Below the pieces are notes generated by a model. The model saw nothing but the letters and a program-made list of their open reading frames with translations, ran no database searches and was not told where the DNA came from. DNA of 64,000 nt, taken from NCBI RefSeq assembly GCF_964213995.1, contig NC_135801.1, forward strand, positions 93,000,001 through 93,064,000, in the 5' to 3' direction. Made by a program: the position numbers and the translations under genes. The stretch comes from Mustelus asterias. Taxonomy: Eukaryota. Of this stretch, positions 35,068 through 48,832 are shown piece by piece (the first letter of the stretch is position 1; every line of letters starts with the position of its first letter).

Positions 35068-36329
35068 ATTTTAAGAAAGAACTTTGTCTCTTGATGTATG
35101 GCCCCATTTTAAGATGAGCCAAAAAGGTTCACCTAAAATTGGAGACTGCGCTAGTGCTTTGGCCTGCTAGAACATTTAGATGCTGTGAATGTTCAAATTC
35201 TATTTGTAGTTAGCTATTTAAATTACCTTGGGTAAAAATCTTTAGCACTGGCAACTTAAGTCATTATCTGTATCTGCATAGAACTTAATTAGGCTCCATG
35301 CAGCTTTGTGCCCAGAGGGTGGCTGCATTATAGTACAAAGCAAACCACAGCTTCTACCCTTGGTATTCCCACAAATATGTTGATAAGGTCGCCCTTATAT
35401 AACCCACCATTCATTCCAGTTTATGGAATACAAAAGATATATAAAGTTAAGAACTTGTATCAAGAAAGTCAATGATTTTCAATTAACCTTTTTAGTACCA
35501 TGCTTAATATCTAGTTTTAGAAAATTTTTATACTTATTCCAAGACTTGATAAGAATGACTATCACATCATTTCTCATTTCGTTTGGAAATATCAGGTTGA
35601 ATTTTCCTGATCCCACATGGATGGGATGGGAGGCAGAACTGGGAGGAAAATTATAGATCCCTGACACATCCACGCCTCTGACAGATCTTGCTGAAGGTGG
35701 GGCTTCATTGGTTACCAGGCAGCAGTGGTGTGTAGACAATTAGGTTCAATAAAGGCCCAACATGGGAGTAAATTGGTGATTTATGTGGTCTTTTCAATGG
35801 CAGACGGCTCCCCCATTGAGTTTGAAGCTTGACTGGTGCCTGGAGACATCCTCCCAGAGCAGGCATGGGGATTAGAGAGGCTTCCTTTAATGCCCACCCC
35901 CTCCCTGCAGCTGTGAGGATCAATGGGCCACAGGCTACAGCCACAAGCCATCCTGTGGAGGAATTTTGCAAATTTAGCATTCTGCAGATGGTCCCTTTAC
36001 CCAACATCTGCACGCCTACCTCTCCTGATGGGCTGCCAGCTTCCTAATTCCCTGGTCTGCCCACAGGCCTTAATTGGACAAACCTCCCAGAGATAGGGCT
36101 TTCACTGGCTACTTTTGGGAAAGATCACAACGAACACCCTGCCATGTCCGCTTCCAGGTTTCTGACCCAGTTTTGAGGCCCACATCAGGATTGCGACCCA
36201 GCTGGGAAAGTTCTGCTCCTCTTGCCTGGCCTGCGGTTCTGGTTAAAGTTTATTAATTGAAATAAAATAAATATAAAGTTACTTTCATGACCCCAGGAAG
36301 TCTCCAAATTATTATATAGCCAATTAATT

Positions 36330-36660
36330 ACAAAGGCAGGACTGGTCAGTGTTATCATAATCTTATAATGTAGGAAGTGTGCCAAACAATTTGCTGCAAG
36401 CTCCTACAAATAGCAGCCTGATCATGTCCAGACTTTCTTTTTTTTAGTGATGTTGGCTGTGGGATAAATATTTCCCAGGACACCAGGGAGAACTTGTCTT
36501 CTCTGAAATAGAGCCGTGGGATCTTTATTATCCACATGAGGAAGCCTAAGTTTAACTTCTCACTTAAAAGACAGCACATCTGACAGTGCAACACTTCCTC
36601 AGGACTGCTCTGGATTATCATCTTAGGTGTTTGTGATCAATACTCAGGAGTCGGACTTGA
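36330..36660 (-). mobile_element. Deu-domain SINE
   Basis: Antisense Deu core: gggataaatatttcccaggacaccagggagaac...tctgaaatag...gggatcttt...aaagacagcac.tctgacagtgca.cact.cctcag.actg. Confidence 0.75.
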
Positions 36661-38504
36661 ATCTAAAGTGCTTTGGAATGTCCTAATCATGTGGAATATA
36701 ATCCTAGCGTCTTTTTGAGACAATTCCAGATCAGTTATACTCCTCGGATGATCACTTTTGCTCAAGATTAAGAAAGACAGGCCCAAAAGACACTTAAATG
36801 GGTCTGAAGAACTGATCAAACTCTCCCTGAAGGAACGGAACCACTAGAGAATATTACCATCCTCCGAATAGCCCTTTTAACAGATTTAGCTAGATTATAA
36901 CAACCTGGATATTACAAGAGGTCCAGGCATCTCTCCACAACAATGCACCTCTCCACTGAAGAGTGGACAGAGATGGGTTCTCTAGTGTTGATACAGAAGA
37001 TTATATGAGACAATACGTTTTCTAAATTATATAAATGTTTATTAAAGAACCAAACATGCAATTCAATTTTGATGAAATTGCAACATTGACAGCTCTAGGA
37101 AATGTAAATATAATCTTGTTTCTAATAGAGAATCCAAGTCTTATCAATGTTACAGAGATTTATGATATACATCAATATTTTAAGTAGTATTCACCTATAA
37201 TCGCCGACAGAAGGCTACCAAGTCTAATAAGGTATGTCCACTCCAATTAAGTGGGAAACTATCATCACTACAGCAGCTATGCCTTTACCATGAAAGATGC
37301 TGGAGTGAATCAAATGTATTTTAAAATTCTACTGTGTGGTTCCAATATTTACACCATGAAAGAACTGAACGAGTAGGAAGCATGTTGAGCTCTTATGCTG
37401 GGCAACATCCTTTGTTTTCATCAATATCTTTCAAGCAAACAGGATATTGAGAGATGCAGATAATGGTCACTACACTCAATTTCCAGGACTCAATTGACAA
37501 GCTATTTAGGATCATCCTTAAAGTTATCCATTGTTAGATTGCAATTTCTTATCATTTTTAAATGCATTGCTGAGATGAAGAAGAGGCCAGTTCCTGTTTT
37601 CCCAGGGCGACCTTGTGTTCGAAGACATCCTATGCTACAGGATGTTGGTGCTCTTGAGCACATCATCCTGCCCAGTAATGTTTAGAAACATCTTGAAACT
37701 TTGTTCAGCAAATGAACTCTACTTTTAATTTTAAATCCTTACTTCGTAGGAAAATCATTCTTTTTAATCTTATAGCTCCTTATCTGCAACTGGATTCCCT
37801 TATAGCTCCATATTTTTTAACTGCATTCCCTCATACAGAAATCATCAAAGGTGCTGTATAAATGAATTTATCCACTGAGCCTCTGCTGGCATTCCCTTAA
37901 GTAAATGCTATCGATATATGATGTGTGGTGTGTGAAAAATAGCACAAACCCTCCAAGCCGCAGAGCATCATAAGCATCTTTGTGCATGACACTGAGCATT
38001 TCACGAAGATTCCAGCCTTGTCCCTTATCTCCAGATTAGCTTGAGTTTGCCATGGAGCTGGCCAAGAACACCATGGCAGAATGCCAAAAACAGTCACATA
38101 GAACACTAAAACTCTACTAAGTAATAAAAATTACAGGTATAATTGGTAAATCTGTATGTTGAGGGTAATTTCAACCATTATCACAAGGTGAAAAATGGTA
38201 GTTGGTAAAAATCAGACAGGGTGTAAAACGGACTGCCAGTTTGCTATTACCTGGTGATAAAAGTTATAATGAATCCCATTGTCTCTATGTCTTTTACTTC
38301 AAGTACTCTCTGTAATATTTCAACCTTTTATTAAGTAAATTCAAATTCAGTTTTATCAACTCTAACTTTCCATTGTTGAAACCACCAATTTTTCAATTTC
38401 AATATCCACCATTTTCTCCTATTAATCAGCTTAACTAATTACTAATAACAAATCTTTGACTACTGAATAAGCTCAAATAACCTTTCGACTAACCGAACCA
38501 TGTT

Positions 38505-38795
38505 GTCCCACACCAGCGGCTTGAGCACAAAATCTGGGCTAACACTCCAGCAGAGTACTAATTGGGTGCTGCTCCTTCAGAGATGCCATCTCTTGGATGA
38601 AACATTCACTCTCTTAGGTTAATACAAAAGATCCTTTGGTACTATTTCTAGTTTCTTACTGTTTGTAAATTGAATGCTGCATTTCATGTACTACAACATT
38701 AACTATAAAAGTATTTCATTGGGAAATGTTATTTCGTAACATTCCTGTAAAGGGACTTGGGATGTTTTACTATGCTAACGGTGCCATATAAATAC
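38505..38795 (+). mobile_element. Deu-domain SINE, internally deleted
   Basis: cttgagcacaaaatctgggctaacactccag...aaaagatcc...actattt, with an L2-like tail ending ccatataaatac. Confidence 0.7.
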
Positions 38796-39069
38796 ACACA
38801 CTACATCTCATTCTCCCACCCATTCCACAAATCTCAGTCTCATACCAATCACTTGCTGGCTCCTGAGTGGGTTTTATTATTGGATGGTGGGATGTGATGA
38901 GGCATCTCAGAGGAATGGAATGATGGGAAATGGTGGATCCATGGTGGTAAAGGGAAGTATTTTGGAGTCTGTGAAGAAGCACATTGAAAGCCAAAGTGGA
39001 ATGAAAGGGTCCGTGATTCATTCTTCCTGCTCCTCTAATCAAGGTGGTTTCCAGATTTCTTGAGGGAAT

Positions 39070-39740
39070 GACTGCCACCTTATGGATAATGCAGCATCAT
39101 AAATTTTGATACCCACTCTGACATGTACTATATAGCTTCCCCAAAGATAGCACGACCATTATTTGCACAGACCAATTGTCTGCCGCTCGATATTTTTTAT
39201 GGCTCTGATTATACACCCACTATCACTTGGTTAGGTGGCAAAGGTAGAGGGCATGAACATCAATGTGTATAAGAGCAACCTTTGTCCCCAGTGAGCCACC
39301 CTCTGGTTCTCTGTGGAGGCCCATGGGTGATGGGCACAGCTATCTGGCGAAGGGTGAATTTATAGTGGCTGCTAGGTCAGAGCATATTCATTCACTAGCA
39401 TGATACATTGGGAATGGTTACATTATGTGTTTATTCCCTCTAACCTTGTTTGTCTCTGCTGAAGGAGAAAAATGACCTCCTGAATGCTTCAATGGATGGT
39501 GTACTGGCAAATGTTCAAGATATTACCCGCTCCCACTTGGAAAGACCCAAATACATAAAAGGTCAATGCCATTCACTGGTACTGATGTCCTCAATATGAT
39601 GCGAGGCTGCAGGTCAGATTGTAGGAGTTAACATTAAGCATCTCCTTGTTGAACCTGAATCACACGAGGCAGTGCTCCTGGGTTAGACAGAGGTGAGAGG
39701 AGTTTTCTTGAAGATCCCTTGGCAGTTAGGGTTGGCCCAC
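39070..39740 (-). mobile_element. PIF/Harbinger transposase relic
   Basis: Minus frames give LTQEHCLV*FRFNKE, LLQSDLQP, FGSFQVGAGNILNICQYTIH, GWLTGDKG, YNQSH and GEAI*YMSEWVSKF, in the order expected for Harbinger/HARBI1-type DDE transposases. Many stops and a central deletion. Confidence 0.8.
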
Positions 39741-40299
39741 TGTGATAGACAGATTTTTAGTTTCTCAGGGAATCAGGGCAGTGGATGTGAAAGTGAAGTT
39801 GCGGCTGCAGATCAGCTATGATTATATTGAATGGAGTAGCTGTAAGATCTACTGCTGTTCCTCTTTCTGCTGTTTGTGTAGAGCCCGCCTCCTCCCTTTT
39901 CATAGAGTTGCCCCTTTCTGCAGTACTTACTCCACCTAATAGTCATATTCCAGATCAGCAGGCACTGCAATCACAGCCCCATATCTCAGTCACCAAACCC
40001 CGTGTTCACCGTGATTTTAAGCAAGCCTTTCTCAAAACACCTCCAAAAGTGTGCCAAACAAAGCTTGGAAACAAATTCAAAAACAGCTCACCTGCAAGTT
40101 GTTGTCTGGCTCTTTAAACATTACTGTTGGAGGCTTGGTGGGAGGTGTTGTCCATGCTGCTGAATATCCATGTGTCGGGGAGTAATCCACACAGGTGTCA
40201 TTCCACCTGCCAGGCACTAGGCCGTGCCAGGAACAGATATACATTAAAAGGATGTCTGAGACCTATTTCAATGGCCAGAGTTTTGAAAAAGGCAGGTTC

Positions 40300-40635
40300 T
40301 ACACATTGAAGGAGAGCACACTTCGAGTACCACAGGCACTCTGGACATACTCTCTTCCACCTTCTTCCGTCAGGAGAAAGATATAAAAGTCTGAAAACAC
40401 ATTTCAACAGATTCAAGAACAGCTTCTTCCCTGTTGCCATCAGACTTTTGAATGGACTTACCATATATTAAGCTGATCTTTCTCTACACCATAGCTATGA
40501 CTGTAGCACTATATTCTTCACTTTCCCCTTTCCTCCTCTATGTACTTTATGAACGGTATGTTTTGCTTGTATAGCGCGCAAGAAATAATACTTTTCACTG
40601 TATCCCAATACATGTGACAATAGTAAATCAAATCA
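40300..40635 (+). mobile_element. Rex1/Babar LINE 3' end
   Basis: Encodes GHTLFHLLPSGERYKSLKTHFNRFKNSFFPVAIRLLN. Tail cttttcactgtatcccaatacatgtgacaat...(aaatc)n. Confidence 0.85.
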
Positions 40636-40827
40636 TGTGTAAAGGACATGAGAAGGGGTGATGGGCACAGCTATCTGGCAAAGGTCCTTCTGGCATCGGG
40701 ACTTTCCATGTGTTCTATTTTTTACAGCAATAACCTATATTGTTGTAAAAAATATAGGTTTCGAGCGGAGCAAGCTGAGAGGAGCGACTTGTGGAGGGAG
40801 CTTTTTACTGGTAAGAGTTTTACTTGC

Positions 40828-41130
40828 TGACGCACCATCAATCGAATCAGCATGGGTGTGCTCCAAGTCTTTTGCTAATAAAATTGATGCACCATCAATC
40901 GAGCAAAGACTAGTTTGTATGCAAGAACAAATAGGCTTTTATTAGCAAAAGACCTGGAGCACACCCATGCCGATGAACTGGTCCAGACTGAGGCAGGGGG
41001 GAGGTGAGCAGTCGCCTTTGTACCAGGACCGGGGGGGTGGGGGGGGGGGGGGGGGTCTCGGGTAGGGCCGGCAGGGATGTGTCCAGGCATGTCACATATA
41101 CAGGTAATAAGCCAACAGTGGTTTACCACA
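40828..41130 (-). mobile_element. Solo LTR with rearranged end, inserted in the CR1 5' UTR
   Basis: TG...CA termini, AATAAA on minus strand, and 5-bp TSD cttgc at 40823-40827 and 41131-41135. Homologous to 62224-62464. Confidence 0.88.
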
Positions 41131-41461
41131 CTTGCTGTATCTGATTTTTAGCGGGGTTTTTGTTTATAAAAGTTTATTATTTCTAACGGTAAAAGCGGAA
41201 ATATGCCGCAGGGTGACCTGGGAAGGGGTCATTTAGCGCGCGAGGTTTTAAAAGGCAGGCCGCACTATTCATCGGGCAGCGTTGTAGCGGGCAGCGGAGT
41301 GAGCAGGTAACAGAGTGATAGCAGAAGGGCTTTGGCTCAACAGGCTCAGGAGGAAACGGGCGAGGGAGGGCAGGTTTAAAGAGAAAAAAAATTTTGTTTT
41401 TTTGTTTTTCAACTTTTAAATCTTAGTTCTTTCCCTGAAGAATCTGAGGAAAAGGGGCATT

Positions 41462-42389
41462 ATGAATGTGGAGCCAGTGTGCTGTTCTCAGTGCCAGATG
41501 TGGGAGGTCGTGGAGTCTCCTAGCCTCCCAGAAGTGCATATCTGCGCTGGGTGCGTCGAGCTGCGGCTCCTAAGGGACCGAGTTAGGGAACTGGAGCTGC
41601 AGCTCGAGGACATTCGTCTGGTCAGGGAAAACGAGGAGGTGATAGATAGGAGTTATAGGCAGGTGGTCACACCAGGGCCACAAGAAGCAGGCAAGTGGGT
41701 CACAGTCAGGAAAGGGAAAAGTCAGATGGTAGAGAGTACCGCAGTGGTTGTGCCCCTTAAAAATAAATACTCTTGTTTGAGTACTGTTGGGGTGGACAGC
41801 CCACCTGGTGGAAGCAGCAGTGGTCGTGCCTCCAGCGCAGAGTCCGGCCTTGTAGCACAGAAGGTTAAGGAAAGGAGGAGGAAGGTAGTGGTGATAGGGG
41901 ACTCTACAGTGAGGGGGTCAGACAGGCGTTTTTGTGGAGGAAGTCGAGAAACGCGGATGGTGGTTTGCCTCCCTGGTGCCGGGATCAGGGATGTTTCTAA
42001 CCGTATCCAAGAAATCCTGAAGTGGGAAGGAGAGGAGCCAGAGGTCGTGGTGCATACTGGTACCACTGACATAGGCAGGAAAGGGGAAGGGGTTATGAAA
42101 AGAGAATATAGGAAGTTAGGTAGGGAGTTAAGAAGAAGGAACGCAAAGGTAGTAATCTCAGGATTGCTGCCTGTGCTATGAGACAGTGAGGGAAGGAACG
42201 GAATAAGGTGGACGATAAATGCGTGGCTGAGGGATTGGAGCAGGGGTCAGGGATTCAGGTTCCTGGATCATTGGGACCTCTTTAGGGGCAGGTGCGGCCT
42301 GTACAAAAAGGACAGGTTTCACTTAAATCCCAGGGGGACCAATATCCTGGCGGGAAGGTTTGCTAAGGCTACTGGGGAGTGTTTAAACT
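41462..42389 (+). pseudogene. CR1 ORF1: Cys-knuckle, leucine zipper and SGNH/GDSL esterase-like domain
   Basis: CSQC...CAGC, LRDRVRELELQL, VIGDS, CLPGA and VVHTGTTD. Premature TGA at 42179-42181, after which the frame continues (INAWLRDWS...FHLNPRGT). Confidence 0.85.
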
Positions 42390-45287
42390 AGAATGGTTGG
42401 GGAGTGGGAATCAAAATGAGGTGACTGGGAGAGAGGAGATTAGCTTAAAAATAAAAGGGGCTTATAGACAGTGTAAGAGGGAGGATACGCAGGTGACGGA
42501 GAAGGGGAGCGCTCAGACCGAAGGGTTGAGATGTGTTTATTTTAATGCAAGGAGTGTAGTGAACAAAATGGATGAGCTTAGAGCGTGGATCACTACTTGG
42601 AAGTGTGATGTGGTGGCCATTACAGAGACTTGGTTATCTCAGGGACAAGACTGAATACTTCAAGTGCCGGGTTTCAGATTTTTCAGGAGGGACAGGGAAG
42701 GAGGCAAAAGAGGTGGGGGAGTGACACTGTTAATCAGGGATAGTGTCACGGCTGTAGAAAAGATGGACGCCACAGAGGGATTGGCTACGGAATCTCTGTG
42801 GGTGGAGGTTCGCAACAGGAAGGGGTCAATAACTTTATTGGGTGTTTTCTATAGGCCGCCCAATAGTAGCAGGGATGTGGAGGAGCAGATTTGGAAGCAG
42901 ATCCTGGAGAGATGTGATAATAACAGAGTGGTCGTGATGGGAGATTTTAATTTCCCAAATATCGATTGGAATATCCCTAGGGTAAGGGGTTTAGATGGGG
43001 AGGAGTTTGTTAGGTGTATTCAGGAGGGCTTCCTGACACAGTATGTGGATAAGCCTACAAGAGGAGAGGCTGTACTCGATCTGGTATTAGGGAATGAACC
43101 TGGGCAGAACTCTCAGTGGGAGAGCATTTTGGGGATAGTGATCATAACTCTATCTCCTTTACATTAGTATTGGAGAGAGATAGGATCATTCAAGCTAGGA
43201 AAGTGTTTATTTAGAGTAAGGGCAATTATGAGGCTATTAGGCAGGAAATTAGAGGCATAAATTGGAAGGAGGTTTTCTCAGGGAAATGTACAGAAGAAAT
43301 GTGGCAAATTTTCAAGGAAAATTTGTCTGGAGCTCTACACAAACGTTCCAATGAGACAGGGGAGTTATGGTAGGTTACAGGAATCATGGTGCACGAAAGC
43401 TGTAACGAATTTAGTCAAGAAGGAAAGAAAAGCCTACAAAAGGTTCAGGGAGCTAGGTAATGTTAGAAATCTAGAAGAGTATACGACTAGTAGGAAGGAA
43501 CTTAAGAGGGAAATTAGAAGAGCAAGAAGGGGTCATGAGAAGGCCTTGGCGGACAGGATAAAGGAAAACCCCAAGCATTCTACAAGTATGTAAAGAGCAA
43601 GAAGATAAGATGTGAAGGAGTAGGACCTATCAAATATGACGGTGGGAAAGTCTGTATAGAACCGGTAGAAATAGCAGAGATACTCAATGAAACTTTACTT
43701 CAGTATTCTCAGTGGAAAAGGATCTTGGTAGTCGCAGTGCAGACTTGCAGTGGACTGAGAAGATTGAGCACGTGGACATTAGGAAAGAGGATGTGTTGGA
43801 GCTTTTGAAAAGCATCAAGTTAGATAAATCGCCGGGACCGGATGGGATGTACCCCAGGTTACTGTAGGAGGCGAGGGAAGAGATTGCTGAGCCTCTGGCG
43901 ATGATCTTTGCATCATCAATGGAGGTGGGAGGGGTTCCGGAGGATGGCAGATGTGGGTCCGTTATTCAAGAAAGGGAGAAGAGATAGCCTGGGAAATTAT
44001 ACACCAGTGAGTCTAACCTCAGTGGTTGGTAATTTGATGGAGAAGATCCTGAGAGGCAGGATTTATGAACATCTGGAGAGGAATAGTATGATCAGAAATA
44101 GCCAGCACGGCTTTGTCCAAGGCAGATCATGCCTTACGAGCCCAATTGAATTTTTTGAAGATATAACTAGACACATTGACGAGGGAAGAATGGTAGATGT
44201 AGTTTATATGGATTTCAGCAAGGCGTTTGATAAGGTGCCCCATGCAAGGCTTATTGAGAAAGTGAAGGGGCATGGGATACAAGGGGACATTGCCTTGTGG
44301 ATTCAGAACTGACTTGCCCACAGAAGGCAAAGAGTGGTTGTAGATGGGTCTTTTTCAGCATGGAGGTCGGTCACCAGTGGAGTGCCCCAGGGATCTGTTC
44401 TGGGACCCTTGCTCTTTGTGATTTTTATAAATGACCTGGATGAGGAAGTGGAAGGATGGGTTGGCAAGTTTGCTGATGACACAAAGGTTGGTGGTGTTGT
44501 GGATAGTGTAGAGGGATGTCAGCAGTTGCAACGAGACATAGATAAGATGCAAGACTGGGCGGAGAAGTGGCAGATGGACTTCAACCCAGATAAGTGTGTG
44601 GTGGTTCATTTTGGCAAGTCGAATAGGATGAAAGAAGATAATATTAAGGGTAAGACGCTTGGCAGTGTGGAAGATCAGAAGGATCTTGGGGTTCGGGTTC
44701 ATAGGACGCTCAAAGCAGCGTCGCAGGTAGAGGCTGTGGTTAAGAAGGCGTATGGAATACTGGCCTTCATCAATAGAGGAATTGAGTTTAGAAATCGGGA
44801 GATAATGCTGCAGCTGTATAGAACCCTGGTCAGACCCACCCTGGAGTACTGTGCCCAGTTCTGGTCGCCTCATTACAGAAAGGATGTGGAAGCCATAGAA
44901 AGGGTGCAGAGGAGATTTACAAGGATGTTGCCTGGATTAGGTGGCATGCCATATGAGGATAGGTTGAGAGAGCTAGGTATTTTCTCCTTGGAGAAGCGAA
45001 GGATGAGAGGTGACATGATAGAGGTGTATAACATGTTGAGAGGTATTGATAGAGTGGATTCTCAGAGGCTTTTACCCAGGGCTGAAATGGTTGCCACAAG
45101 AGGTCACAGGTTTAGGGTGCTGGGGAGTAGGTACAGAGGAGATGTTAGGGGTAAGTTTTTCACTCAGAGGGTGGTGGGTGCATGGAATTGGCTGCCGGTA
45201 GTGGTGGTGAAGGCGGATTCGATAGGGTCTTTTAAGAGACTTTTGGATAAGTTCATGGAAGTTAGTAAGAAAGAGGGTTATAGGTAA
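42379..45287 (+). pseudogene. CR1 ORF2 (APE endonuclease and reverse transcriptase), disrupted
   Basis: Pieces 42379-42654, 42664-43167, 43351-43593, 43908-44312 and 44334-45287 join into one ORF2 broken by stops and frameshifts. Confidence 0.92.
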
Positions 45288-45364
45288 GCCTAGTAGGTAG
45301 GGACATGTTCGGCGCAACTTGTGGGCCGAAGGGCCTGTTTGTACTGTAGCTTTTCTATGTTCTA

Positions 45365-46075
45365 TATTCATATAACACTTTTAACTTAGTAATACATGCA
45401 AGGCATTTCATAGGAATGTTATCAAACAACATTTAACTCTGAGCCACATAAGGGATGGCCAAAAATGTGGTCAAAGAGGGAGATTTAAAGGAGCGTTTTA
45501 AAAGAGGAAAGACAGGCAGCTACATAGGGTTTAGGGGGAAATTTCTGCTCATCCAATACTTGATGTCAGACAAGCAGTCTGAAAACTCAGAAGACATTGA
45601 ATGAGTCAAGAAAGGTGGTAGGAGACAATGGAGGAGAAGTACTGAAAGAGGGTGGTGTGGTTAACCATTTCATATATTGTAGACATGCTGAGAATAATGA
45701 TGATGGATAGTTCATTTGAGTCACATAGGATGCCATTCATGACTTTTAAAGTGACAATTTAGTACTTTAGCATAGGAAGAAACCTTTTTGCAGGTTTTGC
45801 AATATGGAGTTCTAGGAGATAGGATAGAAATGAGAAAAAGATGCATAGTCAAGGATAGGGCTTGAGAGAATCTTGGATGATATTTGGCCTGGTGAACTAG
45901 AGGAAGAGAGAGCAGAGGCAGCAGCGGCAAGTTGTTTCCATGTTAGTGACAAAGAAATCCATGAGCTCCATGCACTTATTCCTGGAGAAAAGGGTGGAAG
46001 TGACAGGAGAGTGGGGTTTATGAAGGCAGGTTGTAGTTGAGAAAATGGGGTTATTTGAATGATTCTGGAAAGTGA
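45365..46075 (-). mobile_element. L2 LINE fragments
   Basis: L2 3' end signature plus segments similar to 20083-21960 (gtgacaaagaaatccatgagctcc; gagggtggtgtggttaacc). Confidence 0.65.
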
Positions 46076-46258
46076 ACACTATCGATATTGATACCAGGTT
46101 CAACAAAAGTAAATTCCACAATCAGTCAATCTGGCAATTGCTTATAAGATGTTCACAGAAATATTTATTTGATCTGAATTGCCTTTCCTTATTAGAGAAA
46201 TAGGCTTAGTTAGTAAACTGGTGTTCAGCATGGTGTATCAGAGTACTTTGCAATAGGT

Positions 46259-46548
46259 GGTGGCATGGTGGCACAGTGGTTAGCACTGCTGCCTCACAGC
46301 GCCAGGGACCCAGGTTCAATTCCAGTCTCGGGTCACTGTCTTTGTGGAGTTGGCACTTTCCCCCTATGTCTGCCTGGGTTTTCTCCCACAGTCCAAAAAT
46401 GTGTGGGTTAGATTGATTGATAAATTGAGTCTAGTATCAGGGGATTAGCAGGGTAAATGTGTGGGGTTATGGGAATAGGGCCTGGTGGGATGTGGTCACT
46501 ACAGACTCGATGGGACGAATGGCTTTCTTCTGTATAGTAGGGATTCTA
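46259..46548 (+). mobile_element. HE1-type SINE
   Basis: Head, core and tail present. Confidence 0.9.
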
Positions 46549-48832
46549 GACTTCTAACTGGCTTACACCTACTTTGATGAATTCAATAAATTCCTCTGTG
46601 GATTTCTGAAATTACCTTGAAAATAGGATTGCAAAAGACATTTCATTGTGGGGAAAGCAGAGAACTCAGAGAGTACAACCTCCATTGGGAACAGAATGGA
46701 AAAGTGCTTTATCCTACCTTCTGATGAATTGATTAAAATAAGAAACAAACACAAGATTGGTGACGGTTAGAAAGGAACAGAGTTCAAACTGGCCACACTT
46801 GACATTTTAGTTACTAAAGAATCTATCAGTACCAGACTCTGAGGACTGAAGCATTTTTTGTTGGTCTTTCAAGTGAAAAACTGTAAAAGAATACATGTGG
46901 AATCTAGCACTGTAGGGAAATTATTGCAAACATAAGACATCACCTCAATATTAGCAGATTAATAATGGACAACATATTTCACCAATAAAGCTGATCAACA
47001 CCTCATAGTTCAGATCATTGCATTCAATATCATATTCTGCCATTGTGTCAGAATTGCAAAACATTGTTGACATCAGATGCAATTCCAGAGGTTTCTTATT
47101 TGTAGATTACTTAGGCCATCTCGTTCTTTGTTTTTGTATAATAACTGAGCAATAATTTGGAATATGTTAACATTTCGGACTGTAGACTAGAAAGCAATTC
47201 ATGAGCACTTACTTTTTTACTGTGCTGACTTTAAACTATCTTTAAAGCAGTTAAATGATTTCTATTATTACTATCACTGACCTTGAATTTCTACACATTT
47301 CTATTTCCTTTGTAACTCCATCAGGAGACTGGACAAATGTTGGAAACATCAGTTTTTCCAAGTTGTTTGTTCCAGTTCCTTCTCACAATGGACATTCCAG
47401 AGGCTTTTTAAAATTTAATTTAAAATTGTGACATTTATTTGAAAGATATTTCTGGAATATTTATGAAATGTTGATCATGCAATTATGATTGGAAGTATGA
47501 GTAGATGAATGCTTTGTGCATTTGCATCAAATTAATTTTCCTGTTTGTTTATTGGAGGCATCGACTGGTTTGAAGTAAATAGGATTGGTCAATCCTGGAT
47601 AGGGATAACAAAACTGACAGAAACAAACAAATAAACAAGGGAAGACATCCAGAGACAGCTCAGGTTTTATGTAACTGGAAGTTTAATAATTTAAAAAATT
47701 TCCTTGAGGTGTTCCATTCAAAATGTTAATCGATTCTCTCTCTTTCCTACATGCATTTCCAGCATTTTCTTTTTCTAATCTTAGATTTCCAGAGTTCAGA
47801 ACCTTTTCTCTCTCTTGGAACCCAGCACACCCAGTTGTGCAGGTTAAGCTTCATACCTTGGTATTTTTTGCAGCATTTAGTTAAATGCTTACTTAATGAA
47901 GCCAATCATGATTTTTAGGAAGTGCTATTAGTGTTTAAATAAAGAAATGTTCCTGGAGGAAATGAACCTGTAACATTAAGCAAAAGTACTTGAGAGCGGC
48001 AGTTAGCCTCCTCCCCTGTCGTGTTAAGCAGTCCCTTGAAAGACACTTTGCTTTTTAGTCTTGATCCTAATTGCTTTGTAATTTCTATCACTCCAGGTAC
48101 TTCAAAATCATCTTAAGTGAGGTACGCAAGGCATGTAATCATGCTGAGAAGGCGGAACTGTCTCTATATGAATTCATCAGGAACAAGACTTTCCTGTTTC
48201 TCCACTGTCAGTTGGAGTCAGACTGTGTGTGAAATGGAAGCATAAAATCAGCATTGAAGAGGCTGCTGACAACTAACACTACTATTTTTGAAAGAAATAA
48301 TCACTTTGCACTGAGGGAGAAATCAGGAGGTCAATCTGCACCTGGAAAGAAAATTGGTGTTAAGAAAGCTATAAGTGCATTGAAAACAAGGTCAGCTTAG
48401 CCCATCGGTCAGCGCATTACAACTTATGCAGAGGCCTACCGTGTGATGGTCAAAATGTCTGCCTTAAACTGACAAGCTTCTTTAAAAATTTAAAATTTGT
48501 GGAATTTTGATATTAATGGAGAAATTTGATTTTCCACAAATATAAAATTAGTTTTTTGGGGCCAGAGAGGTTGTTTACGAGTAATTATGAACGTGGTGAA
48601 CAGTTAAAAAATAGTTATCATTTAACAGGATGCAACTTTCTCAAGGGCTTTAGTAACAAGACTAACAGTATAATATGGAAGTCCACATCAATTTAAATTA
48701 TTTCATAAGTAGGCTGTCTGCAGGGACAGTGCGCTGTGGAGTAGTGGGGAATCACTGACAGCATCTTCTGGATTTCCATGTTTAATTGTGTACGGGTGAA
48801 TGGCAGAAATTTCTGTCAGTTTTACAACTGTA

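Larger units (their letters stand above)
40758..45365 (+). mobile_element. Near full-length CR1/HER1 LINE, inactivated
   Basis: CpG-rich 5' UTR, ORF1, and ORF2 with APE motifs (FNARS, ITETWL, GDFNFP) and RT motifs (DFSKAFD, PQGS, FADD). Ends in a (ttctatg)n tail. Several stops and frameshifts. Antisense to KCNIP4. Confidence 0.95.

Noticed and set aside
47890-48300. Unique-looking segment with a minus-strand donor-like AA|GTAAGC
   Set aside because: No ATG-led frame reaches the donor with useful length, and conservation cannot be judged from sequence alone.
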